NCBI GenBank assembly: GCA_029265905.1
Contig: JAJUGR010000001.1
Location: 112,118 to 176,117, forward strand
Source of the DNA: Sporomusaceae bacterium
GTDB taxonomy: Bacteria; Bacillota; Negativicutes; Acidaminococcales; JAJUGR01
DNA length: 64,000 bases
Direction: 5' to 3'
Every line of letters starts with the position of its first letter. Positions within the stretch are counted from its first letter, which is position 1. The notes under the pieces were generated by a model. That model was not told the DNA's origin and did not search any database. It saw nothing but the letters and a program-made list of their open reading frames with translations. The position numbers and the translations under genes are program-made. Positions 19,042 through 28,344 of this stretch are shown one piece after another.

Positions 19042-19929
19042 TCAGCTAACGGGCGGATGCAGTTTCTGCGTGGCGTAGTAGTGGCGGATATAATCGCAGA
19101 AGGCTCGGACGGCCGGCAACTCCAGCGCCGCGTGGCGGCAAAGCAGCCATGTGCGGCGGGTGAAAGGCTGTCCGTCTGACCAACCGAGCAGGTGCGTGTA
19201 AATTCCCTCCATGGCATGCAGGCCGATCGCGGGCAGAATCGCCCAGCCAAGGCCCTGCTTGACCAATTCGCGGCAGGTGTCCATGCTGTCGACCTCCATG
19301 GTGCTGGCAAACGGCTTGGCATAGGTTTCGCGCCACCACGATTCGATCAGCGTTTGCAAAGGGGTGTCAGTGTTGTAGGTGATGCGCGTTTGGTCGGCGA
19401 GCGTGTTCAGGTCGATTGGCTTGGCCGAGACGATGCAGATCGGCTCTTCAAACAACATCATTTTTTCCTCTGTCCAGTGATAATCGCCGCGTAAAACGGC
19501 GACGGCGATTTCGTCATGCTGCAGCAGGCGGTTGATCCGGTGGCTCAGGCCTGTTTTCAATGATATGTCAACCTTGGGGTAGCTCGTGACAAAGCCTTTT
19601 AGAATATAGGGCAGCTCGTAATGGGAAAAAACGGATGAGGCGCCGAGGCGCAGGGTGCCCTGAACCGTGTCGCGCATGCTCTGCATTTTTTCTTTGGTTT
19701 TTACCAGTGTCAGGAGCATTTCTTCGGCATAGTGAAGAAAAACCTCGCCTTCCGGCGTCAGCAGGATGCCGGAAGGCGTCCTTGTCACCAACTGGGAGCC
19801 GACCTCTTTTTCCAGCGCTTTCAGGCGGTACGTGATGGCGGGTTGAGAAAGATATAAACGCTCGGCCGCTTTGGTAATATTCTTTTCCTCGGCTAGCACT
19901 TTTATCATAATCCAGTCCTTGTCGGTCAT
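19042..19929 (-). CDS. LysR family transcriptional regulator
   Basis: N-terminal HTH 'ITKAAERLYLSQPAITYRLKALE' plus a LysR substrate-binding domain. Divergent from the prpF-like gene. Confidence 0.9.
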   Translation of the reverse strand: MTDKDWIMIKVLAEEKNITKAAERLYLSQPAITYRLKALEKEVGSQLVTRTPSGILLTPEGEVFLHYAEEMLLTLVKTKEKMQSMRDTVQGTLRLGASSVFSHYELPYILKGFVTSYPKVDISLKTGLSHRINRLLQHDEIAVAVLRGDYHWTEEKMMLFEEPICIVSAKPIDLNTLADQTRITYNTDTPLQTLIESWWRETYAKPFASTMEVDSMDTCRELVKQGLGWAILPAIGLHAMEGIYTHLLGWSDGQPFTRRTWLLCRHAALELPAVRAFCDYIRHYYATQKLHPPVS

Positions 19930-19954
19930 GACAGCCTCCGGAAATAAAAATGTT

Positions 19955-19970
19955 TTATCGACACCGATAA
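19955..19970. promoter_or_regulatory. Dyad TTATCG-N4-CGATAA (LysR-type T-N11-A compatible) in the divergent region
   Basis: Perfect 6-bp arms, 26 bp upstream of the lysR start. Confidence 0.35.
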
Positions 19971-20038
19971 AAAACCAATATTTTATTTATTAAAATTAAC
20001 ATACTATACTGAAAATAAGATGTAAAGTTTTTTGTGAA

Positions 20039-20054
20039 AATTCCTATAGGAATT
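20039..20054. promoter_or_regulatory. 16-bp perfect palindrome AATTCCTATAGGAATT upstream of the prpF-like gene
   Basis: Read directly from the sequence. Lies about 30 bp upstream of ATG 20086. Confidence 0.3.
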
Positions 20055-20085
20055 ATTTACGCGAACAATAAAGGGGGACACCAGG

Positions 20086-21249
20086 ATGAAAGAGTATGTA
20101 AAAATTCCGGCGCTTTTTATGCGGGGCGGCACCAGCAAGGGCGCCTACCTGGAGGGGGCGGATTTGCCGTCTGACCCCAAAGTGCGTGACGCGGTTATTT
20201 TAGACATCTATGGGAGTCCGGATGTCCGCCAGATCAATGGCATCGGCGGCGCCGACCCGCTGACCAGCAAAGTGGCGATTCTCGACAAATCGAAGCGCGA
20301 AGGTATCGACGTCGATTATACGTTCGGCTATGTTGGCATCAATGAAGCGTATGTTGATTATGAACAGAATTGCGGCAACATTTCCTCCGGGGTCGGCGTG
20401 TATGCGATCTTGCGCGGCTGGGTGCAGCCGGTGGAGCCATTCACAAAGGTGCGGATTTACAACACCAACACGAAAAAAGTCATCGAAGCGCTGATTCCGG
20501 TGCAGGACGGCGAGGTCGTCACCCAAGGCGATTATGTGATTGACGGCGTCTCCGGCTCGGCCGCCCGCATTGACTTGAATTTCCTGAATTCCGGCGGCGC
20601 AAAAACCGGCAAGCTGCTGCCGACCGGCAATGTTGTCGACGAAATTACGCTTAAGGACGGTCGTGCGGTCCGCGTCAGCCTCGTCGACGCAGCGAACCCG
20701 GCCGTGTTTGTCAAAGGTGCGGACCTTGGTTTTACCGGTTGTGAGCTGCCGGCGGATGTAGCGGGGAACCCGGCGATCATCGAAGTGCTGGAGGATATCA
20801 GGACGACGGCGGCAGTTATGATGGGCTTGGCTGAAAGCAAGGAAAAAACCGGTCCGGCAGTGCCCAAGGTAGCCATGGTCGCCGCGCCGGTCGAGCACAA
20901 GGTGGTAGGCGGACGGACGATCAAGGCGGAAGATTGTGACTTGGTGGCAAGAACCCTGGCGCTTGGCGTCCTGCATAAAGCCTATGCCGTTACGGGCGGC
21001 ATTGCCGTGTCCACGGCGGCGCTGATTCCGGGCACGATCGTCAATGAAGTGGTGGGGCAAAGGGCGAAAGATACGGGGATTGTGCGGCTGGCACATCCGT
21101 CCGGCTTGCTTGATTTTTCCATCGGCCTGACGCCGACGGAAAACGGCCTGTATCTGGAAAAGGCATGCGTCAGCCGTTCGGCCCGCTTGATCATGGATGG
21201 GCATGTGTTCGTGACGCGCTCCGTGTACGAAGGCAAACAAAATAAATAA
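20086..21249 (+). CDS. PrpF/AcnD-accessory family isomerase (methylaconitate/aconitate isomerase-like)
   Basis: Family N-terminus 'IPALFMRGGTSKGAYL'. The length (387 aa) fits PrpF proteins. Confidence 0.8.
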   Translation: MKEYVKIPALFMRGGTSKGAYLEGADLPSDPKVRDAVILDIYGSPDVRQINGIGGADPLTSKVAILDKSKREGIDVDYTFGYVGINEAYVDYEQNCGNISSGVGVYAILRGWVQPVEPFTKVRIYNTNTKKVIEALIPVQDGEVVTQGDYVIDGVSGSAARIDLNFLNSGGAKTGKLLPTGNVVDEITLKDGRAVRVSLVDAANPAVFVKGADLGFTGCELPADVAGNPAIIEVLEDIRTTAAVMMGLAESKEKTGPAVPKVAMVAAPVEHKVVGGRTIKAEDCDLVARTLALGVLHKAYAVTGGIAVSTAALIPGTIVNEVVGQRAKDTGIVRLAHPSGLLDFSIGLTPTENGLYLEKACVSRSARLIMDGHVFVTRSVYEGKQNK

Positions 21250-21270
21250 TTTAATGGAGGAATTAAAGTT

Positions 21271-22533
21271 ATGATGGTCTGGATTGGTGTGCTGATTATC
21301 GCGATTGCCATTTATTTTTTGGTGAAACAGGCGGAAACCAGATTGGTTCTTCTGGTGGCCGGCTTTGCCATGGCAACCATTGCCGGTACACCGATGGCGG
21401 CTTTCAAGTCGTTTTCCCATGGCATAGCGGAATACAAGCTCTTTGAAACCATTATCACCGTTATGGGCTTTTCCATGGTTATGAAAATGACGGGTTGCGA
21501 TCAGCACTTGATCCACTTGCTGGCGAAGCCGGTCCGCAAGGCTGGGCCGCTCTTGATTCCAGTCGCTACCTTCGCCACGTTTCTCGTCAACAGCACATTG
21601 ACGAGCGCGGCTGGCGCCGCTGCGGCCGCCGGGGCGATCATCATTCCGCTCTTGCTGGCCTCCGGCGTTCATCCGGCGGTTGCCGCCGCGGCCGTGCTGG
21701 GCGGTACGTACGGCTCCATGTTCAACCCCGGCTACGCCATGAATGCGCTGGTCGCCAACGTTGCCAAGGCCGAGGCGGTGGCAGTTGTCGGCAACCATTT
21801 CCTTCCGCTGCTGATTACCTGCGCCGTCAGCGCCCTGACGCTGGGCGCGCTGGCCTATGTCCGCAAGGAGAACAAAGGCTGGGGCGAGGTGAAAGCCGGC
21901 GCGGTCAAGGATGACACCTTCCAACTGAGCTACTTGAAGGCGTTTGTGCCGGTTGTGCCGCTTATTCTGATTTTGGTCGCCAACTCCAAAATGGTGCCGG
22001 CCTTGAAAGAGCTGTATATCTCGCACACGATGCTGATCGGCGCGTTTGTCGCGTTTTTGGTCTCGCGGCAAAATCCAGGCAAGATCGCCAAGGAATTTTT
22101 CCATGGCATGGGCGACGCGTACGGCCATATTTGCGGCATCATCATTTGCGCGTTGGTGTTCGTTGACGGCATGAAAGCGCTCGGCATGGTTCAAGCGCTG
22201 ACGCAGTCCATGATTGCCCATCCGGAAGTGGCCAAGTTCAGTTCGGGGTTCGGACCGTTTTTCCTGGCCGTCATCTCCGGTTCCGGCGATGCGGCCGCCA
22301 CCGCCTTCAACAAGGCCGTCACGGTCAACGCCGCACAGTTTGGCCTGCAGCCGCTGAACATGGGCAGCCTCGCCGTGTTGGGCGGTGCGCTGGGGCGTTC
22401 AATGTCGCCTCTTGCCGGCGCGGCGATCATTTGCGCCTCGTACGCCGGCACCAGCCCGATGGAAGTCGCCAAACGCAATGCCCCCGGCATGGTGCTGGCC
22501 TGCCTTGTTGCGACCTACCTGCTTGTTTATTGA
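21271..22533 (+). CDS. DcuC-family anaerobic C4-dicarboxylate-type carrier
   Basis: 420 aa, polytopic. By eye it resembles E. coli DcuC in the 'MGFSMVMKMTG...LAKPV' region. Confidence 0.6.
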   Translation: MMVWIGVLIIAIAIYFLVKQAETRLVLLVAGFAMATIAGTPMAAFKSFSHGIAEYKLFETIITVMGFSMVMKMTGCDQHLIHLLAKPVRKAGPLLIPVATFATFLVNSTLTSAAGAAAAAGAIIIPLLLASGVHPAVAAAAVLGGTYGSMFNPGYAMNALVANVAKAEAVAVVGNHFLPLLITCAVSALTLGALAYVRKENKGWGEVKAGAVKDDTFQLSYLKAFVPVVPLILILVANSKMVPALKELYISHTMLIGAFVAFLVSRQNPGKIAKEFFHGMGDAYGHICGIIICALVFVDGMKALGMVQALTQSMIAHPEVAKFSSGFGPFFLAVISGSGDAAATAFNKAVTVNAAQFGLQPLNMGSLAVLGGALGRSMSPLAGAAIICASYAGTSPMEVAKRNAPGMVLACLVATYLLVY

Positions 22534-22542
22534 TGATTTATA

Positions 22543-22581
22543 AAGAAACCATCGCTCGTGCCGGGCGATGGTTTCTTTTTG
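22543..22581 (+). terminator. Rho-independent terminator after the carrier gene
   Basis: Stem aaagaaaccatcgc / gcgatggtttcttt followed by a T-run. Confidence 0.85.
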
Positions 22582-22646
22582 CTTGCCCTAGTAATTAATG
22601 CTGCCTTCCGGTATAATATATGTGTCGTTTCGAAGGAGAGGATTTG

Positions 22647-23360
22647 ATGTCGGACGTGAAAGTGAATGATGGCGGCCCTTGGTACGGACGGGTGGCGTTG
22701 CGGACCGGAGGGTCGTTTGTTTTGCTGCTGCTCTGCTTTTTATGGTGGCGGCCGGCGATTATGCCCCTGCTGCAGGAGTATGTGGCTAAGGCCGGAATCT
22801 GGGGGCCGCTGGTGTATGTCTTGTTTTATACGTTGCGGCCGTTGGCGGCCCTGCCGGCGTTGCCGTTCAACCTTTCCGCCCCGCTTTTTTTTGGCCCGCT
22901 CTTGGGCGCGGCCTGCATTGTTGCCGGGGGGCTGGGGGGCGCGCTTGTCTGCTTTTGGGGGGCGCGCCGATTGGGCGACCGCTTCTCGGACAAGGTCGCC
23001 TTGCTTCCGTTGCTGGCACGTTGGCAGCGCAAGCTGCATGAAGACAGCCTGGGGGCGGTGCTCTTCTTGCGCCTGACGCCGATTTTCCCTTATGATCCTG
23101 TCAGCGTGGCGCTGGGGCTGTCGCCGGTTTCGACGCGGACTTACCTGACCGGCACGTTTTTAGGCATGCTGCCCGGTGCCATCGCTTATGGACTGGGCGG
23201 CTCGCTTTTGCGCGGCTCGCTTGACTGGACGGACTACGTGCTGGTTTTTGTTTTCTTCGCGCTGGCGTTTGGTGTGCCTGTGTGGTGCTACCGGCGGCAA
23301 CTGCTGGCGGCGGGGCTGGTGCAAAAAGCTGGCCGCTGGTGGCGCTTGCGGAAGCTGTGA
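22647..23360 (+). CDS. TVP38/TMEM64 (DedA superfamily, SNARE-associated) membrane protein
   Basis: 'RLTPIFPYDPVSVALGLS' core motif. AAGGAGAG RBS precedes ATG 22647. Confidence 0.75.
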   Translation: MSDVKVNDGGPWYGRVALRTGGSFVLLLLCFLWWRPAIMPLLQEYVAKAGIWGPLVYVLFYTLRPLAALPALPFNLSAPLFFGPLLGAACIVAGGLGGALVCFWGARRLGDRFSDKVALLPLLARWQRKLHEDSLGAVLFLRLTPIFPYDPVSVALGLSPVSTRTYLTGTFLGMLPGAIAYGLGGSLLRGSLDWTDYVLVFVFFALAFGVPVWCYRRQLLAAGLVQKAGRWWRLRKL

Positions 23361-23380
23361 GGCCCGGGACAATTGGATGG

Positions 23381-23836
23381 ATGGGAATGGTGAAGGTTAT
23401 TAAGAAGGAACAAATGAGGCAATTGCTGCGCTTTGGCTTGGTCGGCGCCAGCGGGGTCGGTGTCAATCTGGCCGTTTTTTCAACTGCTTTATGGGCCGAC
23501 GCCGGTTACCAGGCGGCGGCGGTCGCGGCCTTTTTGGTTGCGGTCAGCCACAATTTCTATTGGAATGCGCGCTGGACGTTCCGCCTTTTGGCGCAGACGA
23601 ATAAAAGAATGTTCACCCGTTATCTGTGGTTTGTGGGGATCAGCGCGGTGTGCTTGCTGTTGAATTTGCGCGTCCTGTCTATGCTGATTGACGATTGGCG
23701 CTTGCCGCCGGTTGCGGCGCAGATCGGCGCGGTTGTAGTGGTGGGGTTTGTTAATTTTTGGCTTCAGGCGAGGATGACCTTCCGGGGCGCTGCGCCGGCG
23801 CTGGCCAATAGTGATAAGGCGGTGGACAACGGATGA
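23381..23836 (+). CDS. GtrA family membrane protein (lipid-linked sugar translocation)
   Basis: 'LLRFGLVGASGVGVNLAVF' N-terminus, four TM segments, about 150 aa. The start is ambiguous (23381, 23387 or 23414). Confidence 0.75.
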   Translation: MGMVKVIKKEQMRQLLRFGLVGASGVGVNLAVFSTALWADAGYQAAAVAAFLVAVSHNFYWNARWTFRLLAQTNKRMFTRYLWFVGISAVCLLLNLRVLSMLIDDWRLPPVAAQIGAVVVVGFVNFWLQARMTFRGAAPALANSDKAVDNG

Positions 23837-24546
23837 GACTGGTCGTGATGCCTACCTACAATGAACGTGAAAATATCGAACCGATGGTGGAAGCAGTATT
23901 GGCCTACCCTTGGCTGCACATGCTGGTGGTGGACGATGCTTCGCCGGACGGCACAGGGCAGTTGGTGAAAAAACTGGCGCAGGAGCGGTTTGCCGGACGC
24001 TTGTTTCTATTGGAGCGGAGCGGTAAGCTGGGGCTGGGAACGGCTTACGTGGCCGGTTTTAAGTGGGCGCTGGAGCGGGACTATGACGCGGTGTTTGAAA
24101 TGGACGCCGACTTTTCGCATAACCCGGCCGATTTGCCGCGCCTGAATGAGGCGCTCAAGGCGGCCGACGTGGCGCTCGGCAGCCGCTATGTAAGCGGCGG
24201 CGGCGTTGAAAACTGGGGGCTGGGCCGGCGCGTTTTAAGCCGCGGCGGCAGCTTGTACGCCCGGATTATTTTGGGCTTGGACGTGAATGACGTGACCGGC
24301 GGCTTCAAAGCGTTTCGCCGCGCTGTGCTGGAGGCGCTGCCGCTTGACAAAGTGCGCTCTAACGGCTACTCCTTTCAAATCGAGCTGAATTATCGCACGC
24401 GGCAAAAGGGCTTTCGCATTGCCGAGGTGCCGATCCTGTTCGCTGACCGGCGGGTGGGCGCCTCGAAGATGAACAGGCGCATTGTTCTGGAAGCGATTAC
24501 GCTTGTCTGGCAGCTCCGCTGGGCAAGTTTGCGAGGCCGCCTATGA
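23833..24546 (+). CDS. Polyprenol-phosphate glycosyltransferase (GT2, DPM1/ArnC-like)
   Basis: 'VVMPTYNERENI' and 'VVDDASPDGT' motifs. Start is coupled to the upstream stop. Confidence 0.88.
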   Translation: MRLVVMPTYNERENIEPMVEAVLAYPWLHMLVVDDASPDGTGQLVKKLAQERFAGRLFLLERSGKLGLGTAYVAGFKWALERDYDAVFEMDADFSHNPADLPRLNEALKAADVALGSRYVSGGGVENWGLGRRVLSRGGSLYARIILGLDVNDVTGGFKAFRRAVLEALPLDKVRSNGYSFQIELNYRTRQKGFRIAEVPILFADRRVGASKMNRRIVLEAITLVWQLRWASLRGRL

Positions 24547-25934
24547 AGCAGCGGCCTCTTTTTTTCCTGGCGCTGATGGCGCTGTTTTCCCTGTGGTTTA
24601 ACGCTACGCTGCCGCTTCATTTTGACGAGGCTTACTATTGGCTTTGGTCGCAGCATCTCGCTGCGTCTTACTTTGACCATCCGCCTATGATCGCCTGGCT
24701 GCTGTGGCTGGTACAGGTGTTCGGAAAATCGGAGTGGGTGCTGCGGCTTGTGCCGGCCTGCTGCATGACGGTCACGGGTTTCCTCCTCTATCGCTTGGCA
24801 AAGCGCTCCTTCGGCGAAGCAGTGGCGGAACGGGCCCTGCTCCTGTATCTTTTTTTGCCGCTGACGCAGCTTGGCTTTTTGCTGGCCGTGCCGGATGCGC
24901 CGCTGGCGCTCGGGTGGGTGCTGCTCATGTCAGCCGGTTACGAAGCGGCGTTTGGCGCGCGCTGGCGGCGGTCCATGCTATTGGCCGGTGCGGCGGCAGG
25001 TTTTGCCTTGCTGGCCAAATATACGGCCGTTGTGGCCGTTTTGAGCCTGTTTGTTTTCTTTCTCTTCTCGCCTGTGCGCGCCAGGCTGCTGTCGGTTTCT
25101 TTTCTTGGCTCCGCCGCCTTGGCGGCGCTGGTTTTCTCGCCGGTTTTGTACTGGAATTACCAGCATGACTGGGTTTCCTTCCGTTTTCAGCTGGCGCACG
25201 GCGTGGCGGCGGAAAAAGTGTTTCAGCCCGCCTATCTGCTTGAATTTGTCGGCGGCCAGCTAGCCGTTGGCGGCGTATTTACAGCTTTGGCGCTGTTTTA
25301 CTTGGCGTTTCGCTATTGGCGGCAACATTTCGCCCAGCCCAAACTGTTATTTTTCTGGTGCTTTTCGATCATTCCGATCGGCTTTTTCATGCAGGCCGCC
25401 GCTTTCAAGCGCGGTGCGGCGAACTGGCCGGCGCCGGCTTTTTTGGCCGGGTGCGTGCTGGTTGCCTATTGGAGCCTGCGATTGAATTGGCATCGCTGGT
25501 ATAAGGCGGCGCTGGCGTTCGGCGTGCTGCTGCTGGTAGTGGCGAAGCTTCCGGAGTGCCTGCCTTTTCTTCCGGAAAAGGTTGTGCCGAAGCAGCGGTT
25601 TTTAGGCTATAAAGAAGCGATCACGGCTTTGCCCGCAGCACATCCGGAGGCGTGGCTGGCAGACAGCTACAAGGCGGCCAGCCTCCTGGCCTACTACGGA
25701 GGGCGCTTGGACGTCGACGTCCTAGACTCGGACCGGCCTTCCATGTTTGACTATTGGCGCAAGGAGGCGGCGCTTCCGGAGCGGGCCCTGTTTGTGACCA
25801 GCCGCGACAAGCGCGAGGCAGCGGCGACGTATTACCGGCAGGTGACGGCATTGCCGTCCGGCGGCGCGCGCTTCGGGTTTGACAAGCAGGGCTTTTTTCT
25901 CTACCAGTGTGAAGGTCTGCAACGGGGGCGATGA
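24543..25934 (+). CDS. Glycosyltransferase family 39 (ArnT/PMT_2-like)
   Basis: 'HFDEAYYWLWSQHLAASYFDHPP' signature loop. Polytopic, 463 aa. Confidence 0.85.
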   Translation: MKQRPLFFLALMALFSLWFNATLPLHFDEAYYWLWSQHLAASYFDHPPMIAWLLWLVQVFGKSEWVLRLVPACCMTVTGFLLYRLAKRSFGEAVAERALLLYLFLPLTQLGFLLAVPDAPLALGWVLLMSAGYEAAFGARWRRSMLLAGAAAGFALLAKYTAVVAVLSLFVFFLFSPVRARLLSVSFLGSAALAALVFSPVLYWNYQHDWVSFRFQLAHGVAAEKVFQPAYLLEFVGGQLAVGGVFTALALFYLAFRYWRQHFAQPKLLFFWCFSIIPIGFFMQAAAFKRGAANWPAPAFLAGCVLVAYWSLRLNWHRWYKAALAFGVLLLVVAKLPECLPFLPEKVVPKQRFLGYKEAITALPAAHPEAWLADSYKAASLLAYYGGRLDVDVLDSDRPSMFDYWRKEAALPERALFVTSRDKREAAATYYRQVTALPSGGARFGFDKQGFFLYQCEGLQRGR

Positions 25935-26064
25935 GCGCTGCAGTTGTTTGTTTGGCGGCATGGTTCAGGGCAGGCGAAAAGGAAATGCCCGGCGCTGCGC
26001 GAATAACAAAAGAGTAGGGACTTATGCCTTGAAACGATGCGGCTGACGAAGGGGAGGGCAAACC

Positions 26065-27603
26065 ATGTCATTGGATGCTGTGGAGTTGGAGATTAAGCTT
26101 GCAGCGGCAACTGAGTCTGTTTGGTCGGAATTGTTTGGCCTGCCGATGATTGCAAAAGCAACTATCGACGGCACGGTGGCGGAAAAGGCGTTGGAATCCC
26201 ATTATTTCGATACCGAAAGCCGCCGGCTGGCGCAGGCCGGCTACGCTTATCGCATTCGCCGCACGCCGTCCGGCTTTGTCGCCACCATGAAGGGTTTCGG
26301 ACACATGGAGGGCGGCTTGGCGCACCGGCCTGAGTTTGAAGCGCCGGTGCCCGATTTGTCGCCGGACCTATCTGTGTTTGACGGGCAGGCGGTCGGAGCT
26401 GACTTGACGGCGCTTTTGGCGGGCGAACCATTGACGCGCCTGTTCACGGTGGACGTAGTTCGGCGCCAGCGGCAGCTGCAGCTTACGCCCCAGACGCGGG
26501 TGGAAATGGCCGTTGACTTTGGCCGCATTTTAGCGGGTGGCAAGGAAAGTCCGCTTGCCGAAGTTGAGTTTGAGCTGATGGAAGGCACCGTCGCCGACTT
26601 GTTGCGGTTTGTCGCCGATTTGTGCGCGCGGCTGCCGTTTTACATTGCTTTCAAAAGCAAATTCCGCCGGGGGCTGGATTTGCTGGCGGATGTGCGGGAA
26701 CCGGAAGACCGGCCTGCGCCTGTTGCGTTGGCGGAAGACAAGGCGGTTGGGGCGGCGGCATATGGGTTGCTGGCGGGTGCGGTCGGCGCACTGCTGCAGC
26801 AACAGCAGCGGCTGGGCCAAGGCAATGAGGCTGCCTTGGACGAAATGCGGCTGTTCGGCAGCCAATTGCAGTTGCTTCGGTGCTTGCTGGCGTTTGCCAA
26901 GCCGTTGCTTGAGCCGGCGGATTACGCGCGCCAACAGCTGCTGCTCGGCCGGCTGGCCGAACCTTTTGCCGAATTGGATCAGGTGGAGGCTTTGGCGGCT
27001 GACTGGGGGCAACTAAGTTGTCTGCCGGGGGCGATAAGCGGCTCGACTTGGATTGGCAAACAGTTGGAGGCGCGGCGCGAGCAGCTTGGCCAGCGGATTT
27101 TGCGCGAAAAGCAAAGCGGCGCCTATACGCAGGTGCTCACGGCGCTATGGGCCTGGGCGGCGGCAAGCCCCTGGGGCGGTTCGGACGCCCGGCTGGCGAG
27201 CGATTATGCCGCTGCGCGCATCGCTAAGTGGATGATGGATTTGCTGCAAATGGGCGAAGGGGCGGCGGATGATCCGGCGACTGCCAGCCGGCTGTTTGGC
27301 CAGGGGCAGAAAATCGCCGTCGTGGTGGCTTGCTTGGGTCCGGCATTTGCGGATGCGGAGCAAAAAGCGTTCGACCGGCTGCAAAGCCTGCAAAAGCGTT
27401 TGCAGTCGGTTTGGCTTGCGGAAACGGGCAAGGCGGTGCTGCAGTCGTTCCTTGGCGCCGGCGCGAGCCGCTTGCTGTATCGCGATGCCGGCCTGCTGGC
27501 CGGCTGGCGGTTGCGGACGGTCGCGGAGGCGCTGCGGCAGGTTGACAAGCGGTGGCGGCGGTTCGCTAAGCCGGCGCGCAAATGGATAAAGCATGTGCGG
27601 TAA
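26065..27603 (+). CDS. CYTH domain + CHAD domain protein
   Basis: N-terminal ExExK motif ('VELEIKL') of triphosphate-tunnel enzymes. Helical Arg/Leu-rich CHAD-like C-terminal half. Confidence 0.75.
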   Translation: MSLDAVELEIKLAAATESVWSELFGLPMIAKATIDGTVAEKALESHYFDTESRRLAQAGYAYRIRRTPSGFVATMKGFGHMEGGLAHRPEFEAPVPDLSPDLSVFDGQAVGADLTALLAGEPLTRLFTVDVVRRQRQLQLTPQTRVEMAVDFGRILAGGKESPLAEVEFELMEGTVADLLRFVADLCARLPFYIAFKSKFRRGLDLLADVREPEDRPAPVALAEDKAVGAAAYGLLAGAVGALLQQQQRLGQGNEAALDEMRLFGSQLQLLRCLLAFAKPLLEPADYARQQLLLGRLAEPFAELDQVEALAADWGQLSCLPGAISGSTWIGKQLEARREQLGQRILREKQSGAYTQVLTALWAWAAASPWGGSDARLASDYAAARIAKWMMDLLQMGEGAADDPATASRLFGQGQKIAVVVACLGPAFADAEQKAFDRLQSLQKRLQSVWLAETGKAVLQSFLGAGASRLLYRDAGLLAGWRLRTVAEALRQVDKRWRRFAKPARKWIKHVR

Positions 27604-27605
27604 AT

Positions 27606-27646
27606 AAAAAACTGGTTGATCTTGGAACAAGATCAACCAGTTTTTT
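27606..27646. terminator. Bidirectional terminator between CYTH-CHAD and lrgB
   Basis: 13-bp stem ctggttgatcttg / caagatcaaccag flanked by A6 and T6. Confidence 0.9.
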
Positions 27647-27648
27647 AT

Positions 27649-28344
27649 TTAGTTGAGCAGCAGGCGGCTCAAGGGCGAGGCCAACAGCGAGGTGGCGATG
27701 CCGACCAGCACGATGGCGACCCCGCTGACCGCGCCGGCCAGCTCGTTTTCCTCCAGGCAGCGGTTGGTGCCCAGGGCGTGGGCGGCGGCGCCGATTGCCA
27801 GGCCGCGGGCAATTTGATTTTTTACGCCGACGAACGTCAAAATTTCCGGTCCGGCCATGGCGCCGAGCACGCCTGTGAGGATGACGGCCGCCGCAGTCAG
27901 CGACGGGATGCCGCCAAGCGAACGGGCGATTTCCATGGCGATGGGCGTTGTGACCGATTTAGGCGTCAGCGAGAGGGTGATTTCCCGCGCCGCGTCAAAA
28001 AACGACGCGACGATCAGTACGGATACGACGCCAACCAGCGCGCCGACGACCACTCCGGTCATAATCGCCCGCCAGTTTTTCTGCAGCACAGGCAGCTGGC
28101 GGACGAGCGGAATCGCCAGGGCGATCGTAGCCGGGCCAAGCAAAAAGGTGATGAACTGCCCGCCCTGGTTGTAGTCGGAATAGTCGATATGCGCGAAGTT
28201 CAAAAGGACGATCAGCAGCAAGGCGGAGACCAGCATTGGCTGCAGCCAGCGTTTTTTTGTTGCTTGCTGCAGCCGTTTGGCAAATAGGTAGAGGATCAAG
28301 GTCGCCATCAGGCCGAAAATCGGTTCCTTGATTATATCAGTCAT
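27649..28344 (-). CDS. lrgB: LrgB/CidB family membrane protein
   Basis: 231 aa, polytopic, with the family-typical N-terminus 'PIFGLMATLILYLFAKRL'. Paired with lrgA. Confidence 0.85.
   Translation of the reverse strand: MTDIIKEPIFGLMATLILYLFAKRLQQATKKRWLQPMLVSALLLIVLLNFAHIDYSDYNQGGQFITFLLGPATIALAIPLVRQLPVLQKNWRAIMTGVVVGALVGVVSVLIVASFFDAAREITLSLTPKSVTTPIAMEIARSLGGIPSLTAAAVILTGVLGAMAGPEILTFVGVKNQIARGLAIGAAAHALGTNRCLEENELAGAVSGVAIVLVGIATSLLASPLSRLLLN

Noticed and set aside
20200-22221. 673-aa ORF on the minus strand
   Set aside because: It is antisense to the well-supported prpF-like and DcuC-like genes. Its Arg/Gly/His-rich, low-complexity translation is typical of spurious antisense ORFs in high-GC DNA.
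23020-23040. TGGCAC-containing sequences inside coding regions, such as within the TVP38 gene, considered as extra sigma-54 promoters
   Set aside because: They lack the TTGC -12 element at the correct spacing and lie inside genes.
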